Positions 38,403 through 47,844 of a stretch of 64,000 nucleotides of DNA are shown here, piece by piece. The notes beneath the pieces were generated by a model that had not been told where the DNA came from, did not search any database, and saw only the letters and a program-made list of their open reading frames with translations. The DNA is from Candidatus Bathyarchaeota archaeon B24 (lineage in GTDB: Archaea; Thermoproteota; CALKCG01; B24). Made by a program: the position numbers and the translations under genes. The stretch covers positions 25,277 to 89,276 of the forward strand of contig LUCB01000002.1 of NCBI GenBank assembly GCA_001593865.1, read 5' to 3'. Positions within the stretch are counted from its first letter, which is position 1. The number at the start of each line of letters is the position of its first letter.

Positions 38403-39410
38403 ATGACAGTTATGGAAACTATCATAGAGAGGTCTAAAAAGAGACCTGGTAGAATAGTCTTACCCGAAGGCACTGACGAGAGGATTTTGAAAGCAGCCAG
38501 CGTAGCGGCGGAGACGGGTATAGCTAAGCCCGTGCTTCTGGGAAGAGAGGAAGACGTCAGAGACTTAGCGTCTAAACTGAACGTGAGCCTCGACGGTGTG
38601 GAGATCTTGAACCCTGAAACTTCTCCTAAACTCGGTGAATATGTCAAGCGTTATTTAGCCATAAGAAAGGGTAAACGTGTTACCGAAGCCATAGCCAGAA
38701 GGATCCTCAGAAAACCTCTCTTTTACGGTGCTATGATGGTCGGTGTAGGAGACGCGGACGGTATGGTAGCCGGAGCCGTGTCTCTGACGGCTAACGTCAT
38801 AAGAGCTGGACTGCTTTTGATAGGACTTGAGAAAGACATCTCGGTGCCTTCAAGCTTCTTTATAATGGAAACAAACAACAGGAACGTCGGAGAAGACGGT
38901 GTCCTCATATTCGCCGACGCCGCTGTGAACCCAGACCCGACTCCTGAACAGTTAGCCGACATAGCGGTGGCCTCTGCCAGGAGCGCACGAAGGCTTCTGG
39001 GATGGGAGCCTAGGGTAGCTCTACTATCCTTCTCGACTAAGGGCAGCGCGGCTCACCCGATGGTCGACAAAGTGGCCGAAGCCGTCAAGATAGCTAAATC
39101 CAAAGCACCTGACTTGGCGATAGATGGAGAGATGCAGGCCGACGCGGCTTTGATACCTGAGGTCGCGCGAAGGAAGATCAAGACAGGTCTTGGACCAGTC
39201 GCCGGGAGGGCTAACGTGTTGATATTTCCAGACCTCGATGCCGGCAATATCGCGTACAAGCTTGTCCAACACGTCTGCGGAGCTAAGGCATACGGTCCGA
39301 TACTCCAAGGGTTCTCAAAGCCTATCAGCGACCTCTCGAGGGGTGCTAAGGCCGACGAGATAGTAGGTGTCATAGCCGTGGTGAACCTCTTATCCATGAC
39401 GGAACACTAG
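38403..39410 (+). CDS. pta: Phosphate acetyltransferase (Pta/PtaB, phosphotransacylase)
   Basis: [17 protein letters not shown]-terminus. [10 protein letters not shown]. Confidence 0.85.
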   Translation: MTVMETIIERSKKRPGRIVLPEGTDERILKAASVAAETGIAKPVLLGREEDVRDLASKLNVSLDGVEILNPETSPKLGEYVKRYLAIRKGKRVTEAIARRILRKPLFYGAMMVGVGDADGMVAGAVSLTANVIRAGLLLIGLEKDISVPSSFFIMETNNRNVGEDGVLIFADAAVNPDPTPEQLADIAVASARSARRLLGWEPRVALLSFSTKGSAAHPMVDKVAEAVKIAKSKAPDLAIDGEMQADAALIPEVARRKIKTGLGPVAGRANVLIFPDLDAGNIAYKLVQHVCGAKAYGPILQGFSKPISDLSRGAKADEIVGVIAVVNLLSMTEH

Positions 39411-39438
39411 GTTCACACTGGTCCGGGGTGTAGCATAG

Positions 39439-40650
39439 TTGAAGGTGTTGGTGATAAACTGCGGAAGTTCTACGATAAAGTATAAGGTCTTCCAGGTTCA
39501 AGACGGTTCTACGCTTAAGGAGCTTGCATCGGGGCTTTTAGAGAGGATAGGGTCGGATAAATCCACGTTGACCCACCGTCGAGACGGAGAAACTTACAAG
39601 TTCGAACTCGAAGCTAAAGACCACAGAGAGGGCTTAGAGTCTATACTGAAGATCTTAACGAGCAAGGAGCACGGTGTTATAGAGGATCCTTCCGAAGTCT
39701 TCGCCGTAGGACATAGGGTCGTCCACGGTGGAGATTCCGTGTTTCAGCCGACCGTCATCACGGAAGACCTCCTTAACGTCATAAGACGGTGGAGCGATAT
39801 GGCACCACTGCATAATCCTGCGAACCTAGCGGGGATCGAAGCGGCGATCTCCCTACTTCCCGGAGCTCATCAGGTAGCCGTTTTCGATACTGCGTTTCAC
39901 CAGACGATGCCCGCAGAGGCTTATCTCTACGCGATACCGTACGAGTACTACGAGCGTTACAGGATACGACGATACGGTTTCCACGGCACCTCGCATAGGT
40001 ATGTGGCTTATAAAGCCGCCGAGGTTTTGAATAGAGACATCTCAGAACTTAAAATGGTCACATGCCACTTAGGGGCTGGATGCAGCATCACGGCCGTCTG
40101 CGGGGGTAAATCCATCGATACGAGTATGGGATTCACACCGCTCGAGGGACTTGTGATGGCTACCAGGTCTGGGGATATAGACCCATCTCTCATATTCTTC
40201 CTAGTTAGAAAAGAGGGATTAAACGTTGAGGAGGTGGAGAATCTACTGAACCGCAAGAGCGGGCTTCTAGGGCTTTCAGGGGTAAGCGGGGATGTACGGG
40301 ATATATGGAGGGAAGTCGAGAAGGGAAACCAAAGAGCGGAGCTGGCCATGAGGGTGTTCGCGTATAGGGTGAAGAAATACATAGGCGCCTACGCCGCCGC
40401 GATGGGAGGGCTCGACGCGATAGTGTTCACGGCGGGCATAGGTGAGAACGACTGGAGGACCAGGGAGCTCATATGCGAGGGACTTGAATATCTAGGCGTC
40501 AGACTCGATAAAAGGCTTAACCGTATGACATCTAAGGAGCCCAGGATCATAAGTAGTGACGACTCGAAGGTCAAGGTTCTAGTGATCCCGACAGACGAGG
40601 AGCTGGCTATAGCCTTAGAGACCTTAAACCTCCTGCTTAGAAAGAGATAA
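39439..40650 (+). CDS. ackA: Acetate kinase
   Basis: MKVLVINCGSSTIKYKVF. VVHGG. FHGTSH. 403 aa. Confidence 0.9.
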   Translation: MKVLVINCGSSTIKYKVFQVQDGSTLKELASGLLERIGSDKSTLTHRRDGETYKFELEAKDHREGLESILKILTSKEHGVIEDPSEVFAVGHRVVHGGDSVFQPTVITEDLLNVIRRWSDMAPLHNPANLAGIEAAISLLPGAHQVAVFDTAFHQTMPAEAYLYAIPYEYYERYRIRRYGFHGTSHRYVAYKAAEVLNRDISELKMVTCHLGAGCSITAVCGGKSIDTSMGFTPLEGLVMATRSGDIDPSLIFFLVRKEGLNVEEVENLLNRKSGLLGLSGVSGDVRDIWREVEKGNQRAELAMRVFAYRVKKYIGAYAAAMGGLDAIVFTAGIGENDWRTRELICEGLEYLGVRLDKRLNRMTSKEPRIISSDDSKVKVLVIPTDEELAIALETLNLLLRKR

Positions 40651-40687
40651 ATTGTATGCTTTATGTCTAAATAGATGGTGAGCCGAA

Positions 40688-41950
40688 GTGAAGCTATGCA
40701 TTTTCGAAGATAGGAAGTACGATAACCTGTACCCGCTGACCCTTACGAGAACGGTTTTCGAGCTTAGATGCGGTGCGACGTCTCTTATGGATAAAATCGA
40801 ACGAAGCGCCCCGAACGTCGACGTCGTGTACTTCATGCGCGACTATCTCGTAGAGATTTTCAAGGAGAGATACGGGGAACGGTGCGTGAACGACTTGAAC
40901 ACCCTGAAAGATGATGTCCTTCTCGTCAACGGTCGGTTACTCACTAAAACAGGCGACCTAAGTCTAGAGGGAGACGAGGAAGTAGCCGTTAAAGATGGAG
41001 ACGTCGTCTATGTAAGGGCTAAGAAAGGGACCATGGAGAAGCTTCTCGCAGATAGCCTGGAGAAAACGCTTGAGAACCTTAAGGAGGAACTCAGCGTTAA
41101 AGAAGTAGATGCGACGCTGATAGAGTATCCGTGGGACCTAGTCAATAACAACTCCAAGGCTATAGTCGAGGATTTCAAGCATATAGGTAGCGGCATACAT
41201 GGTGAGCTGCATCCACAAGCTGTCGTAGTAGGGGATAAAGAGAACCTGTACATCGCTAAGACTGCTAGGGTGCATCCATACACGGTTATAGATGTCGAGA
41301 ACGGGCCGGTCATCATCGACGAAGGGAGTATAGTGTACCCGTTTAGCAGGATAGAGGGGCCTACTTACGTGGGTAAGAACTGCTGGATCCTTAGAGGCAA
41401 CATCAGGGAAGGTGTAAGCCTTGGGCCTGTATGTAGGGTAGGCGGTGAGGTCGAGGAGTCTATAATACACGGGTACTCTAATAAGTACCATACCGGTTTC
41501 CTCGGCCACTCGTACGTGGGAGAGTGGGTTAACATAGGTGCCCTAACGACGAATAGTGATATTAAGAATGACTATACGTCTGTTAAAGTCTATATCAAAG
41601 GGGAATTCGTGGATACTAAGACCCAGAAAGTCGGCTCGTTCATCGGAGACCACACCAAGTTCAGCATAGGGTGCCTACTGAACACGGGTAGCCACATCGG
41701 CGTCGCATGTAACCTACTGGCCTCTGGTGAGCCGCTTCCGAAGTATATTCCAAGCTTCTGTTGGTACTTCAGAGGGAGATTTAGCCGGGGCTGGGGCTTC
41801 AGGAGGACCATAAAGTCTGAGAGCGCCATGATGGCTAGGAGAAAAGTCGAGATGACCGAGGCTAGGGTTAAGCTTCTGAGACGCATATACGATGAGACTA
41901 AGGAGGAGAGGGAAACCCTAATTAGAATGAGTAGGAGGAGAGTTAGGTAG
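40688..41950 (+). CDS. Hexapeptide-repeat (left-handed beta-helix) protein with a degenerate sugar-nucleotidyltransferase-like N-domain (GlmU/eIF2B-gamma-epsilon-like architecture)
   Basis: N-terminus KLCIFEDRKYDNLYPLTLTR resembles the NTP-transferase LYPxT region but lacks the GxGxR loop. C-terminal half has about 8 hexapeptide repeats (VIDVENGPVIIDEGSIVYP...). Confidence 0.5.
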   Translation: MKLCIFEDRKYDNLYPLTLTRTVFELRCGATSLMDKIERSAPNVDVVYFMRDYLVEIFKERYGERCVNDLNTLKDDVLLVNGRLLTKTGDLSLEGDEEVAVKDGDVVYVRAKKGTMEKLLADSLEKTLENLKEELSVKEVDATLIEYPWDLVNNNSKAIVEDFKHIGSGIHGELHPQAVVVGDKENLYIAKTARVHPYTVIDVENGPVIIDEGSIVYPFSRIEGPTYVGKNCWILRGNIREGVSLGPVCRVGGEVEESIIHGYSNKYHTGFLGHSYVGEWVNIGALTTNSDIKNDYTSVKVYIKGEFVDTKTQKVGSFIGDHTKFSIGCLLNTGSHIGVACNLLASGEPLPKYIPSFCWYFRGRFSRGWGFRRTIKSESAMMARRKVEMTEARVKLLRRIYDETKEERETLIRMSRRRVR

Positions 41951-41963
41951 TTTAAGGGGAGGG

Positions 41964-42215
41964 TTGGAGATGTCGGAGAGCATCGAGGCTCGGGCTAAGA
42001 GGCTTATAGCCGAGCAGTTTGGAGTAGACCCGGAGGAGCTTAAGCCTGAAACCCATCTGGTCAAAGACCTCAAGATGGAGTCTCTGGATAAGATAGAGCT
42101 CATAGCAGCCTTTGAAGAGGAGTTTGACATAGAGATTCCGGAAGAAGAAGCCGAGAGAAACGTCACGGTGGGGCAAGTAATCGAATACGTCAAAGCCAAG
42201 CTAGGCGTCAAATAA
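41964..42215 (+). CDS. acpP: Acyl carrier protein, bacterial AcpP-type
   Basis: RAKRLIAEQFGV...DLKMESLDKIELIAAFEEEFDIEIPEEEAE. Ppant-Ser motif (D/E)SLD and helix-II acidic patch align closely with canonical bacterial ACP. Probable start at the third residue, Met (41970). Confidence 0.85.
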   Translation: MEMSESIEARAKRLIAEQFGVDPEELKPETHLVKDLKMESLDKIELIAAFEEEFDIEIPEEEAERNVTVGQVIEYVKAKLGVK

Positions 42216-42254
42216 CATTCTAGGGTCTAAAATTTTTAACTATCTCTTTTTCTC

Positions 42255-42668
42255 TTGGAAAATAGGGGATTCTTATTGGGTTTAGATACTGGTATCAAGG
42301 GATTGGGCGTAGACCTGATGGAGATAGAGAGGCTTAAACGTAGCGTCGAGAGGAGGGGTAGACGTCTTTTAGAGAAGATATTCACCGAGGAGGAGATAAG
42401 ATACTGCTTCTCTATGGGAGAGCCTTATCAACATCTCGCCGCGAGGTTCTGTCTTAAGGAAGCCGTCTTGAAGGCTTTTGGACTCGGATTAGGTAGAGGT
42501 GTAACCCTGAGAGATATAGAGGTTAAGCTCAACGAGCTGGGTAAACCCTACGTGGAGATACATGGTCGATTAAAGGAGAAAGCCGAAAAATCCGGGGTCT
42601 CGCGTATAATCGTAAGTATGAGTCACAGCGGAGAATATGCGATAGCGGTAGCCATACTCACCGGGTAG
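42255..42668 (+). CDS. acpS: Holo-[acyl-carrier-protein] synthase (AcpS-type 4'-phosphopantetheinyl transferase)
   Basis: GLGVDLMEIERL...ARFCLKEAVLKAFG...LGKPYV matches AcpS G(I/V)D..EI / AKEA..KA / LGKP motifs. The TTG start is uncertain. Confidence 0.8.
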   Translation: MENRGFLLGLDTGIKGLGVDLMEIERLKRSVERRGRRLLEKIFTEEEIRYCFSMGEPYQHLAARFCLKEAVLKAFGLGLGRGVTLRDIEVKLNELGKPYVEIHGRLKEKAEKSGVSRIIVSMSHSGEYAIAVAILTG

Positions 42669-43380
42669 GGTTTTCAGCCCGCTCCAGTCTCTTACGGTGT
42701 AGGTCGAGGTTTTTCTCCACTTCGTAGACGAGTCTTGCGACCACAACCCACGTGTTTAAAGATTCAGGGTCTATAGAATAGCATACGTCAAAGAGTCTCA
42801 TATTCTCCTCTTCGAAGTCACCATGTGGGAAGCCTCCGACGACCGCCATAGCCACCTCTACGTTAACCATCTCAGAGACCACCACGTCTAAGGGTTTAGG
42901 CTCTCCAGAAGTCGAGAAGCCTATGGTGATAGCCGGTTTAACCTCGTTCTTCAACTCGGCTAGAGAGCCGTCTCTAAGCGTTATAAGAGGCTCACCGTCT
43001 GGCGGAACTCTGCCGAGCTTAAAGAGCTGTTCGATGAGACCCTTGAACCGCATGTAGTTACGTGGAAGCCTGACCTCTGGGTTGAATTCGAGAACCTTAT
43101 CGTTAACCGTGTGGACGTAGACATCTAAGAGACCCTCTCTAGCCAAGGGTGTTTCCAACGCGTTTAACAGCGAGAAGTGGACGATGTCAGGTCTACCACG
43201 TTTATGAGCGTTTCTCAACCCCCTCATAGCCCTATGGTGGTAAGAACGGTCTAGGAGTACTTCACCGGGTTTCAACCCTCTATCACGTGCATATCTCCTA
43301 ACCTCAGGATGCCACCACAGGGCTTCAGGCACTGTTTCCAAGGCAGACTCGGCGATCACAAGTACTAAACGCTTCAACAT
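42658..43380 (-). CDS. nep1: Ribosome biogenesis protein Nep1/Emg1 (SPOUT pseudouridine-N1 methyltransferase)
   Basis: RPDIVHFSLLNALETPLAREGLLDVYVHT. Confidence 0.75.
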   Translation of the reverse strand: MLKRLVLVIAESALETVPEALWWHPEVRRYARDRGLKPGEVLLDRSYHHRAMRGLRNAHKRGRPDIVHFSLLNALETPLAREGLLDVYVHTVNDKVLEFNPEVRLPRNYMRFKGLIEQLFKLGRVPPDGEPLITLRDGSLAELKNEVKPAITIGFSTSGEPKPLDVVVSEMVNVEVAMAVVGGFPHGDFEEENMRLFDVCYSIDPESLNTWVVVARLVYEVEKNLDLHRKRLERAENPTR

Positions 43381-43473
43381 ATAACACTAACAAGCCATAT
43401 GTCTTTCAAAGCTTTAAGCCTTTAAAGGACTGGAAGTCTTTAATAACCGCTTGACCTAGCTGTAGATGAGGGA

Positions 43474-43788
43474 ATGGTTAGAAGGGCCACCATCAGACGG
43501 ATAGCTAGAGAACGTATGGAGATACTCTTCGAGAAAGCCATAAAGATACATGAGAGAGAGCCTGAGCTCGCTATGAGGTATGTCCAGATAGCCAGACGTA
43601 TAGGTATGAAGACACGCGTTAGGATCCCACGTAAATACAGGAGACTTGTATGTAGAGGCTGTAAGCAATTCGTACACCCGGGTTGTACGTTAAGGGTTAG
43701 AGTCAAACCCGGAGGGCAGCCGCACATAACCTATACTTGCCTAAGATGTGGGCATATAACCAGGATTCCTATAAAAAAGACGGATTAA
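43474..43788 (+). CDS. rnp4: RNase P protein component 4 (Rpp21/Rnp4), zinc ribbon
   Basis: YVQIARRIGMKTRVRIPRKYRRLVCRGCKQF...CLRCGH. Confidence 0.75.
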   Translation: MVRRATIRRIARERMEILFEKAIKIHEREPELAMRYVQIARRIGMKTRVRIPRKYRRLVCRGCKQFVHPGCTLRVRVKPGGQPHITYTCLRCGHITRIPIKKTD

Positions 43789-43799
43789 AGGGGCTTTCA

Positions 43800-44141
43800 T
43801 CAGCCGAATAACGCACTCAGCCCCTCTAAAGCCTCCTCCTCTTCCTCCTCCTTCTTCTCCTCCACTTTCTCCTCTTCCTTCTTCTCCTCCGCGGGCGTAG
43901 GTGCTGCCGCAGGAGCCGCCGGTGCCATAGGCATAGCAGCCGCACTCTTCAAAGCCTCTTCGAGGTCTATCTCAGATAGAGCCGCTAGAAGAGATTTTAT
44001 CTTAACCTCGTCGGGTTCGATGTTAGCCGCCTTTAAGACTTTCCTCAGGTTCTCCTCGTTTATCTCCTGCCCGGCATGGTGGAGGAGGAGGGTCGCATAT
44101 ATACACTCCATCTCTCTCAACCTCCCGTAACCGTTAACCAA
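43800..44141 (-). CDS. rpl12: Ribosomal stalk protein P1 (aL12/L12e)
   Basis: [18 protein letters not shown]. Ala/Pro hinge. Acidic tail ending GLSALFG. Confidence 0.9.
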   Translation of the reverse strand: MVNGYGRLREMECIYATLLLHHAGQEINEENLRKVLKAANIEPDEVKIKSLLAALSEIDLEEALKSAAAMPMAPAAPAAAPTPAEEKKEEEKVEEKKEEEEEEALEGLSALFG

Positions 44142-45084
44142 ATAAAGCTGCTAAACCTAATTCTTCTTCCTCCTCTTTCTTCTCCTCCTTCTTAGGAGGT
44201 TCTTCCTTTTCAACTTTCCGCTCCTCGGTTTTAGACGTAAGGGAGCTTAGCAGGGATGCCTCGGAAAGAGCCCTCTGTACGAGTAGCGGCAACGTCTCGG
44301 CTGAGATATACTCGGCCGCCGTCGCTAAAGCCAGAGCCGTCCTATAGCTTTTAACGAGGAGCACGGGCAGCGTTTCGACGGTCATGTACTCCAGCGTTAA
44401 AGCAAGCTTAAACGCCTCCTCCCAGGCCTTGGATAAATCGCTCTTAAAGGCTTCGACGTCTATTCTCAAGACGTCAGCCGGAAATATAAGCCCGTCACTG
44501 TATATGGCTTTAAGGTTCAAACCGATCTTGATCGGTTTGATGCCCAGCCTGGCGAGCACAGAGGCAAGCTTATCCGATATGACGTCACCCTTCTTAGCCA
44601 CGACTGTCGTCTTATTTATCCATATGCTTCCCGAGGATATCCTAGCCGGAATTCCGACATCGCTGAAGTCGCTGATTATAGGTCCAGGCGGTAGACCCGT
44701 GTTGCCTTCGGGAATCACTATATCCTCCGGCGCTATATCGCCTGGTCTCGCGAAGCTCGGGACCTTGGCTTCATCGAGCATCTTAGCAAGCTTAAACGGG
44801 TCTTCCTTAGAGAATATCAGAATGTTTTGGCCTTCAAAGTACTTCGACAACCTCTCTAAGTCGCCTCCGAGCTCCTTCAAAGCAATCCTAACTAAGGTGT
44901 TTTTAGCCACCCTAAGTAAGGCTATACCCCTGAACTTCCTACGTATCTCATGCAACTGGCTCGCACCGACCTTATAGAGGTCGGCAACCCCTATAGTGGG
45001 GTATTCTTTGAAAAGTTGCTTAAGCTCCTCGACGGTCCTCCGCTTCATAAGCCTACTCTTACTCATCTTAGCCATCGAAATCAC
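44134..45084 (-). CDS. rpl10: Ribosomal protein uL10 (P0)
   Basis: Stalk-base protein of 316 aa with the same acidic C-terminus (GLAALFG), immediately upstream of P1. Confidence 0.9.
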   Translation of the reverse strand: MISMAKMSKSRLMKRRTVEELKQLFKEYPTIGVADLYKVGASQLHEIRRKFRGIALLRVAKNTLVRIALKELGGDLERLSKYFEGQNILIFSKEDPFKLAKMLDEAKVPSFARPGDIAPEDIVIPEGNTGLPPGPIISDFSDVGIPARISSGSIWINKTTVVAKKGDVISDKLASVLARLGIKPIKIGLNLKAIYSDGLIFPADVLRIDVEAFKSDLSKAWEEAFKLALTLEYMTVETLPVLLVKSYRTALALATAAEYISAETLPLLVQRALSEASLLSSLTSKTEERKVEKEEPPKKEEKKEEEEELGLAALFG

Positions 45085-45740
45085 CTTCTTCTAAGCTCTA
45101 CTCTAAAGCTAGGCGTCATAGTCCCCTTAAGGTATACGTCTTTGATGTTTGTCAAGCCTTTAGGAAGCCTATCTATTATCCAGTTTAAAGCCGCGTTTAC
45201 GTTTTCAGCTATCAGTTTACTATCCATGTCCTCTGTCCCCACTCTGAGCTGGACAACCGGTTGATTCCTAACCCTTATACGGACAGTTCTCCTAAGCCTC
45301 TCTAGTATACTTTCGATATCGGCCGTAGGTGGAACGGGGGTAGGCATCTTCCCTCTAGGACCTAGGTAGACACCCCACGTCCTACCTATAAGCGGCATCA
45401 GGGAAGCCTCGGCTACGAAGAAGTCGTGGTTTTTAGCTATCTTCTTAGCCTGCCTCTTATCCTTCGCGATTCTCTCCAAGTCGTCTCTCGCAAGTATTAA
45501 GTCTACACCAAGCTTCTTAGCCTTAGTATACAGCTCACCAGAGGCGAACACGCAGACCTTAACCGGCTTGTTAGGCGGATGCGGAAGCTCCAGCAATCCT
45601 ATTATCCTATTCTCAGGTCTCCGAAGGTCTAGGTCCCTAAGGTTCACTATCAACTCTATAGACTGTTTAAATCCTTTACCTTTGCAACTCTTCTTAACCT
45701 CTTCGATGACTTCTGTGAGGTTCCTAAGCTCGAAGCTCAA
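45081..45740 (-). CDS. rpl1: Ribosomal protein uL1
   Basis: 219 aa. Conserved L11-L1-L10-P1 order. KGFKQSIELIVNLRDLD. Confidence 0.85.
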   Translation of the reverse strand: MSFELRNLTEVIEEVKKSCKGKGFKQSIELIVNLRDLDLRRPENRIIGLLELPHPPNKPVKVCVFASGELYTKAKKLGVDLILARDDLERIAKDKRQAKKIAKNHDFFVAEASLMPLIGRTWGVYLGPRGKMPTPVPPTADIESILERLRRTVRIRVRNQPVVQLRVGTEDMDSKLIAENVNAALNWIIDRLPKGLTNIKDVYLKGTMTPSFRVELRRR

Positions 45741-45817
45741 CCCTCATCAACCCTGCCAAATTCAACCATTCTGAAAACGCGGTGGAACAAAAACTTTTCG
45801 ACCTAAACGAACACCTA

Positions 45818-46306
45818 TTATTCTTCAGCTATGAACTTATCGTAAACTCCCTGGTCGACTTCACGTATGACCTCTTTAGGGTTCTTACCTTCCACTGTGA
45901 CACCCATGCTTAAACATGTACCTAAAACCTCTTTGACGACCCCTTTAAGCGTCTTGGCCAAGCTCTTAGGTCTCCTTATCTTAGCTATCCTGACGACTGC
46001 TTCGAAGCTCAGGTCGCCTATAGCCTCAAGCCCCGCCTTACCAGACCCCTTCTCGGCTTTAAGCTCCTTAAGTATAAGCGCCGCGGTAGTAGGGATTCCT
46101 ACCTCGATCTCAAACTCCTTAGTCTCAACGTCGACCGTGATCTTCACGGGAACCCTCATACCCGCGTACTCCTTAGTAGCCTCGTTTATCGCCTTAACTA
46201 TAGCCGGGACGTTTACACCGAGCGGGCCTAAAGCCGGTCCTATGGGCGGACCTGCGGTGGCTTCCCCTCCCCTTACTAAGACATCTATCGTCTTTTTCTC
46301 ACCCAA
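45818..46306 (-). CDS. rpl11: Ribosomal protein uL11
   Basis: GGEATAGPPIGPALGPLGVN (L11 N-terminal domain). Confidence 0.9.
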   Translation of the reverse strand: MGEKKTIDVLVRGGEATAGPPIGPALGPLGVNVPAIVKAINEATKEYAGMRVPVKITVDVETKEFEIEVGIPTTAALILKELKAEKGSGKAGLEAIGDLSFEAVVRIAKIRRPKSLAKTLKGVVKEVLGTCLSMGVTVEGKNPKEVIREVDQGVYDKFIAEE

Positions 46307-46309
46307 GGC

Positions 46310-46792
46310 TTATGCGCCCCCTTCGATCTTCCTGAGGTACTCGGCATATATCGTTATCGGGAATGGGGATGCGGATTCCAGGAGTTCTATCGTGACTTCG
46401 CTTTTCTGCCTATCGACCGCTACGACCCTGGCTTTCATAGACCTAAACGGGCCGCCTATCACCTCGACCATATCCCCGACCTGTAGAGACTCTATAACCG
46501 GTTTAACCACTAGGTACCTGTCGACCTCAGAGGGGTTTACGAAGCCTGAGACCCGACCCTTAACATGCCTCAGACCCTGTATCAGCTCGTCTATCAGAGC
46601 GGGGTTATCGGCCTCGACCAATATGTAGCCTTTAAGGTCCTTACTCCACATAACTGCTTTAATGGAAGAAGTATAGCCCTTGGCCTTAACCCTTCTTTCG
46701 AGCATCTCTAAGACCTGCTTCTCTTGACCTACAGTCGTCTTAACGGCGTATATCCTAGACGGTCTCCTCAACCCATCTCCCCCTCCGGTCAA
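46310..46792 (-). CDS. spt5: Transcription elongation factor Spt5 (NusG homologue)
   Basis: IYAVKTTVGQEKQV NGN domain and KOW (GDMVEVIGGPFRSMKARV). The ORF track extends to 46891. A TTG at 46792 overlapping the SecE stop is the more likely start. Confidence 0.7.
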   Translation of the reverse strand: MTGGGDGLRRPSRIYAVKTTVGQEKQVLEMLERRVKAKGYTSSIKAVMWSKDLKGYILVEADNPALIDELIQGLRHVKGRVSGFVNPSEVDRYLVVKPVIESLQVGDMVEVIGGPFRSMKARVVAVDRQKSEVTIELLESASPFPITIYAEYLRKIEGGA

Positions 46793-46965
46793 CCCGCGGT
46801 TACAGCCAGCAAGGACGATATAAGCCTGACTATAAACCCGATTATCCCAACGACTCCTATACCTAGGAAGGATATCTTCAGAGATAACCAAAGCTCTTTC
46901 TTACTCGGTTTGGACGACAACTTGAGCGTTCTGATACATGAGTTCAGGAATGACCTTAAACCCAT
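46789..46965 (-). CDS. secE: Preprotein translocase subunit SecE (Sec61-gamma), 58 aa, missing from the ORF track
   Basis: Hand translation of the minus strand: MGLRSFLNSCIRTLKLSSKPSKKELWLSLKISFLGIGVVGIIGFIVRLISSLLAVTAG*. A single C-terminal TM and the conserved position upstream of spt5. Confidence 0.75.
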   Translation of the reverse strand: MGLRSFLNSCIRTLKLSSKPSKKELWLSLKISFLGIGVVGIIGFIVRLISSLLAVTAG

Positions 46966-47012
46966 ACGATCACTTCCTAAAAGATGGGGATGGAAGATAA
47001 AGGTTTCGGAGA

Positions 47013-47831
47013 CTAGACTCGGACTATGTCTAAACCCATGTTTCTAAGGCGTCTGATAAGCTCTGAACGTAGCTTACCTGGAACACCTTTCCAGTCGATC
47101 ACAGCCATGCAAACTTTTTCAAGAGTCCTCTCGACGCAGTTTCTCAGGAGAGAGGGGTCCTCTACATACGTGAGGCTATACTTCGATACGATATGCGCAG
47201 GGGCTATGTCCTCCCATAAACCTAAGCTCGTAAACTTCGGGTTGTAATGCGGCCCACCCAAGGCTAACGCAGCTGGATAGTTCGTGTCGCAGGATACCGC
47301 AGCCATAGCGGCCTCCGCAACGACCTCTCCGGCCTCAGGGTTTCCCCACTCTCTCTCCGTGCTACCTATCTCGACGAACATAGACGGTAGGTTAAGCGAT
47401 GGACCGTGATGCGTAGCCTCATAGGAGACCTTAAACCCTAGCCCTTTAGACTCGTTAAGTTCGTTCATCTTCCTCAAAGCGGCTTTCATAGCGTTAGCCG
47501 GTGCTATAGAGACCTTGTATGGCAACCCACCATAGGTTTCAGCCCCCAGGTTTCCAGGCACATGGACGGATAGAGTGGACATCCTGCTTGAGCTTGCATG
47601 CCTCGAGAGGAAGACCACAAGGCTTGCCTTGAAGTCCTTCTCCAGATACTGGGCTTCGACGAGTTCTCCGGGTACGGAGACGAGTAGAATTTCTTCGCCT
47701 TCAAGCTCGAGTCTATAGATGGGTTTACCCCTGTATAGCCTATCGGTCCTCTCGAAACGGTAGAGGCTCATCAGCTTCTCGGCTATGTTTAAGCTGGCCT
47801 TATCGCTTTCTGAGAATACCAGAAGCTTCAA
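47013..47831 (-). CDS. dtdA: Archaeal-type D-aminoacyl-tRNA deacylase (DTD2)
   Basis: About 270 aa. SYEATHHGPS and IDWKG motifs. Confidence 0.65.
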   Translation of the reverse strand: MKLLVFSESDKASLNIAEKLMSLYRFERTDRLYRGKPIYRLELEGEEILLVSVPGELVEAQYLEKDFKASLVVFLSRHASSSRMSTLSVHVPGNLGAETYGGLPYKVSIAPANAMKAALRKMNELNESKGLGFKVSYEATHHGPSLNLPSMFVEIGSTEREWGNPEAGEVVAEAAMAAVSCDTNYPAALALGGPHYNPKFTSLGLWEDIAPAHIVSKYSLTYVEDPSLLRNCVERTLEKVCMAVIDWKGVPGKLRSELIRRLRNMGLDIVRV

Positions 47832-47844
47832 GACTCTTCATCCT

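Noticed and set aside
44384-46628. Long plus-strand ORFs (197, 104 and 253 aa) across the ribosomal protein cluster
   Set aside because: They are antisense to strongly supported uL10/uL1/uL11/Spt5 genes. Serine/leucine/proline-rich composition is typical of shadow frames.
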